Shown here one piece after another: positions 63,721 through 64,000 of a stretch of DNA of 64,000 bases. The stretch lies in the NCBI GenBank assembly GCA_963804875.1, contig CAWDRX010000003.1, positions 139,838-203,837 on the forward strand, written 5' to 3'. A model generated the notes under the pieces. The model saw only the letters and a program-made list of their open reading frames with translations, was not told the origin of the DNA and did no database searches. The DNA comes from an uncultured Verrucomicrobiae bacterium. Its GTDB lineage: Bacteria; Verrucomicrobiota; Verrucomicrobiia; Chthoniobacterales; UBA10450. A program made the translations under genes and the position numbers. Each line of letters begins with the position of its first letter. The first letter of the stretch is position 1.

Positions 63721-64000
63721 AAACTGCAGACGCGTTTTTCCTGTTCGTTTCGCGATCGCGCCGAGCCGCTTCGCGGCGACGATCGTTAAAATAGCAACCT
63801 CATGAGGCCTGTCACAGCTTCGCAACCGGGAGCTTGCTGCGAGGACATACTTCTGGACCTCGCCGGTGGCTGCATTCGACAGTTCGGACAAAAATTGGAT
63901 TCGTTGGGGACACTTGAAGTGCGCAAGATGACCACGAGCGCAATTGCTTAGCTCGGTTTCCGTCGCGGTCGCGCCTGCTTTTAAGACGACAAACGTGAGA

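Overview
This is a 64 kb window of high-GC bacterial chromosome. The 16S rRNA gene (minus strand, 29855..31412) contains the reverse complement of probe EUB338-III (GCTGCCACCCGTAGGTGT), which is the Verrucomicrobia variant of the 338 region. I therefore infer a verrucomicrobial genome, probably soil-type.

Gene content:
- Cell envelope and secreted proteins: a roughly 3000 aa cyclic beta-1,2-glucan synthase, a VanZ / SGNH-like / MBOAT O-acylation operon, and several Kelch, FG-GAP, HAF and sensor-type beta-propeller proteins.
- Housekeeping and small conserved genes: DUF72, YggS, DUF971, type I mannose-6-phosphate isomerase, thioredoxin, a GNAT acetyltransferase, an ABC-F ATPase and a PLP decarboxylase.
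- Regulators: MocR-like and AraC-like.
- A flotillin-like SPFH protein next to an ICMT-family methyltransferase, and a secreted tail-fibre / peptidase-S74-like protein.
- At the 3' end, a tightly coupled carotenoid-modification operon: two CrtI/CrtN-family oxidoreductases, an aldehyde dehydrogenase, a CrtQ/CruC-like GT2, a CruD-like acyltransferase and a Cys-less thioredoxin-fold protein. A MerR-family cobalamin-binding CarH/LitR-like regulator is encoded divergently from it.

rRNA organisation: the 16S gene is unlinked. No 23S or 5S is in the window. A hairpin with a T-run lies about 200 nt past the 16S 3' end. tRNA-Ile(GAT) and tRNA-Ala(TGC), which normally sit in the rRNA spacer, lie about 8.7 kb away in reversed order, with a small GIY-YIG nuclease gene between them.

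Sequence quality: many recognisable genes are broken by single-base frameshifts, several at short homopolymer runs (Kelch/Kre9 mosaic gene, M13 peptidase, a secreted hypothetical protein, one CrtI gene, an SRPBCC gene). This may reflect indel errors in the assembly as much as true pseudogenes.

No CRISPR array, IS element or prophage was recognised.
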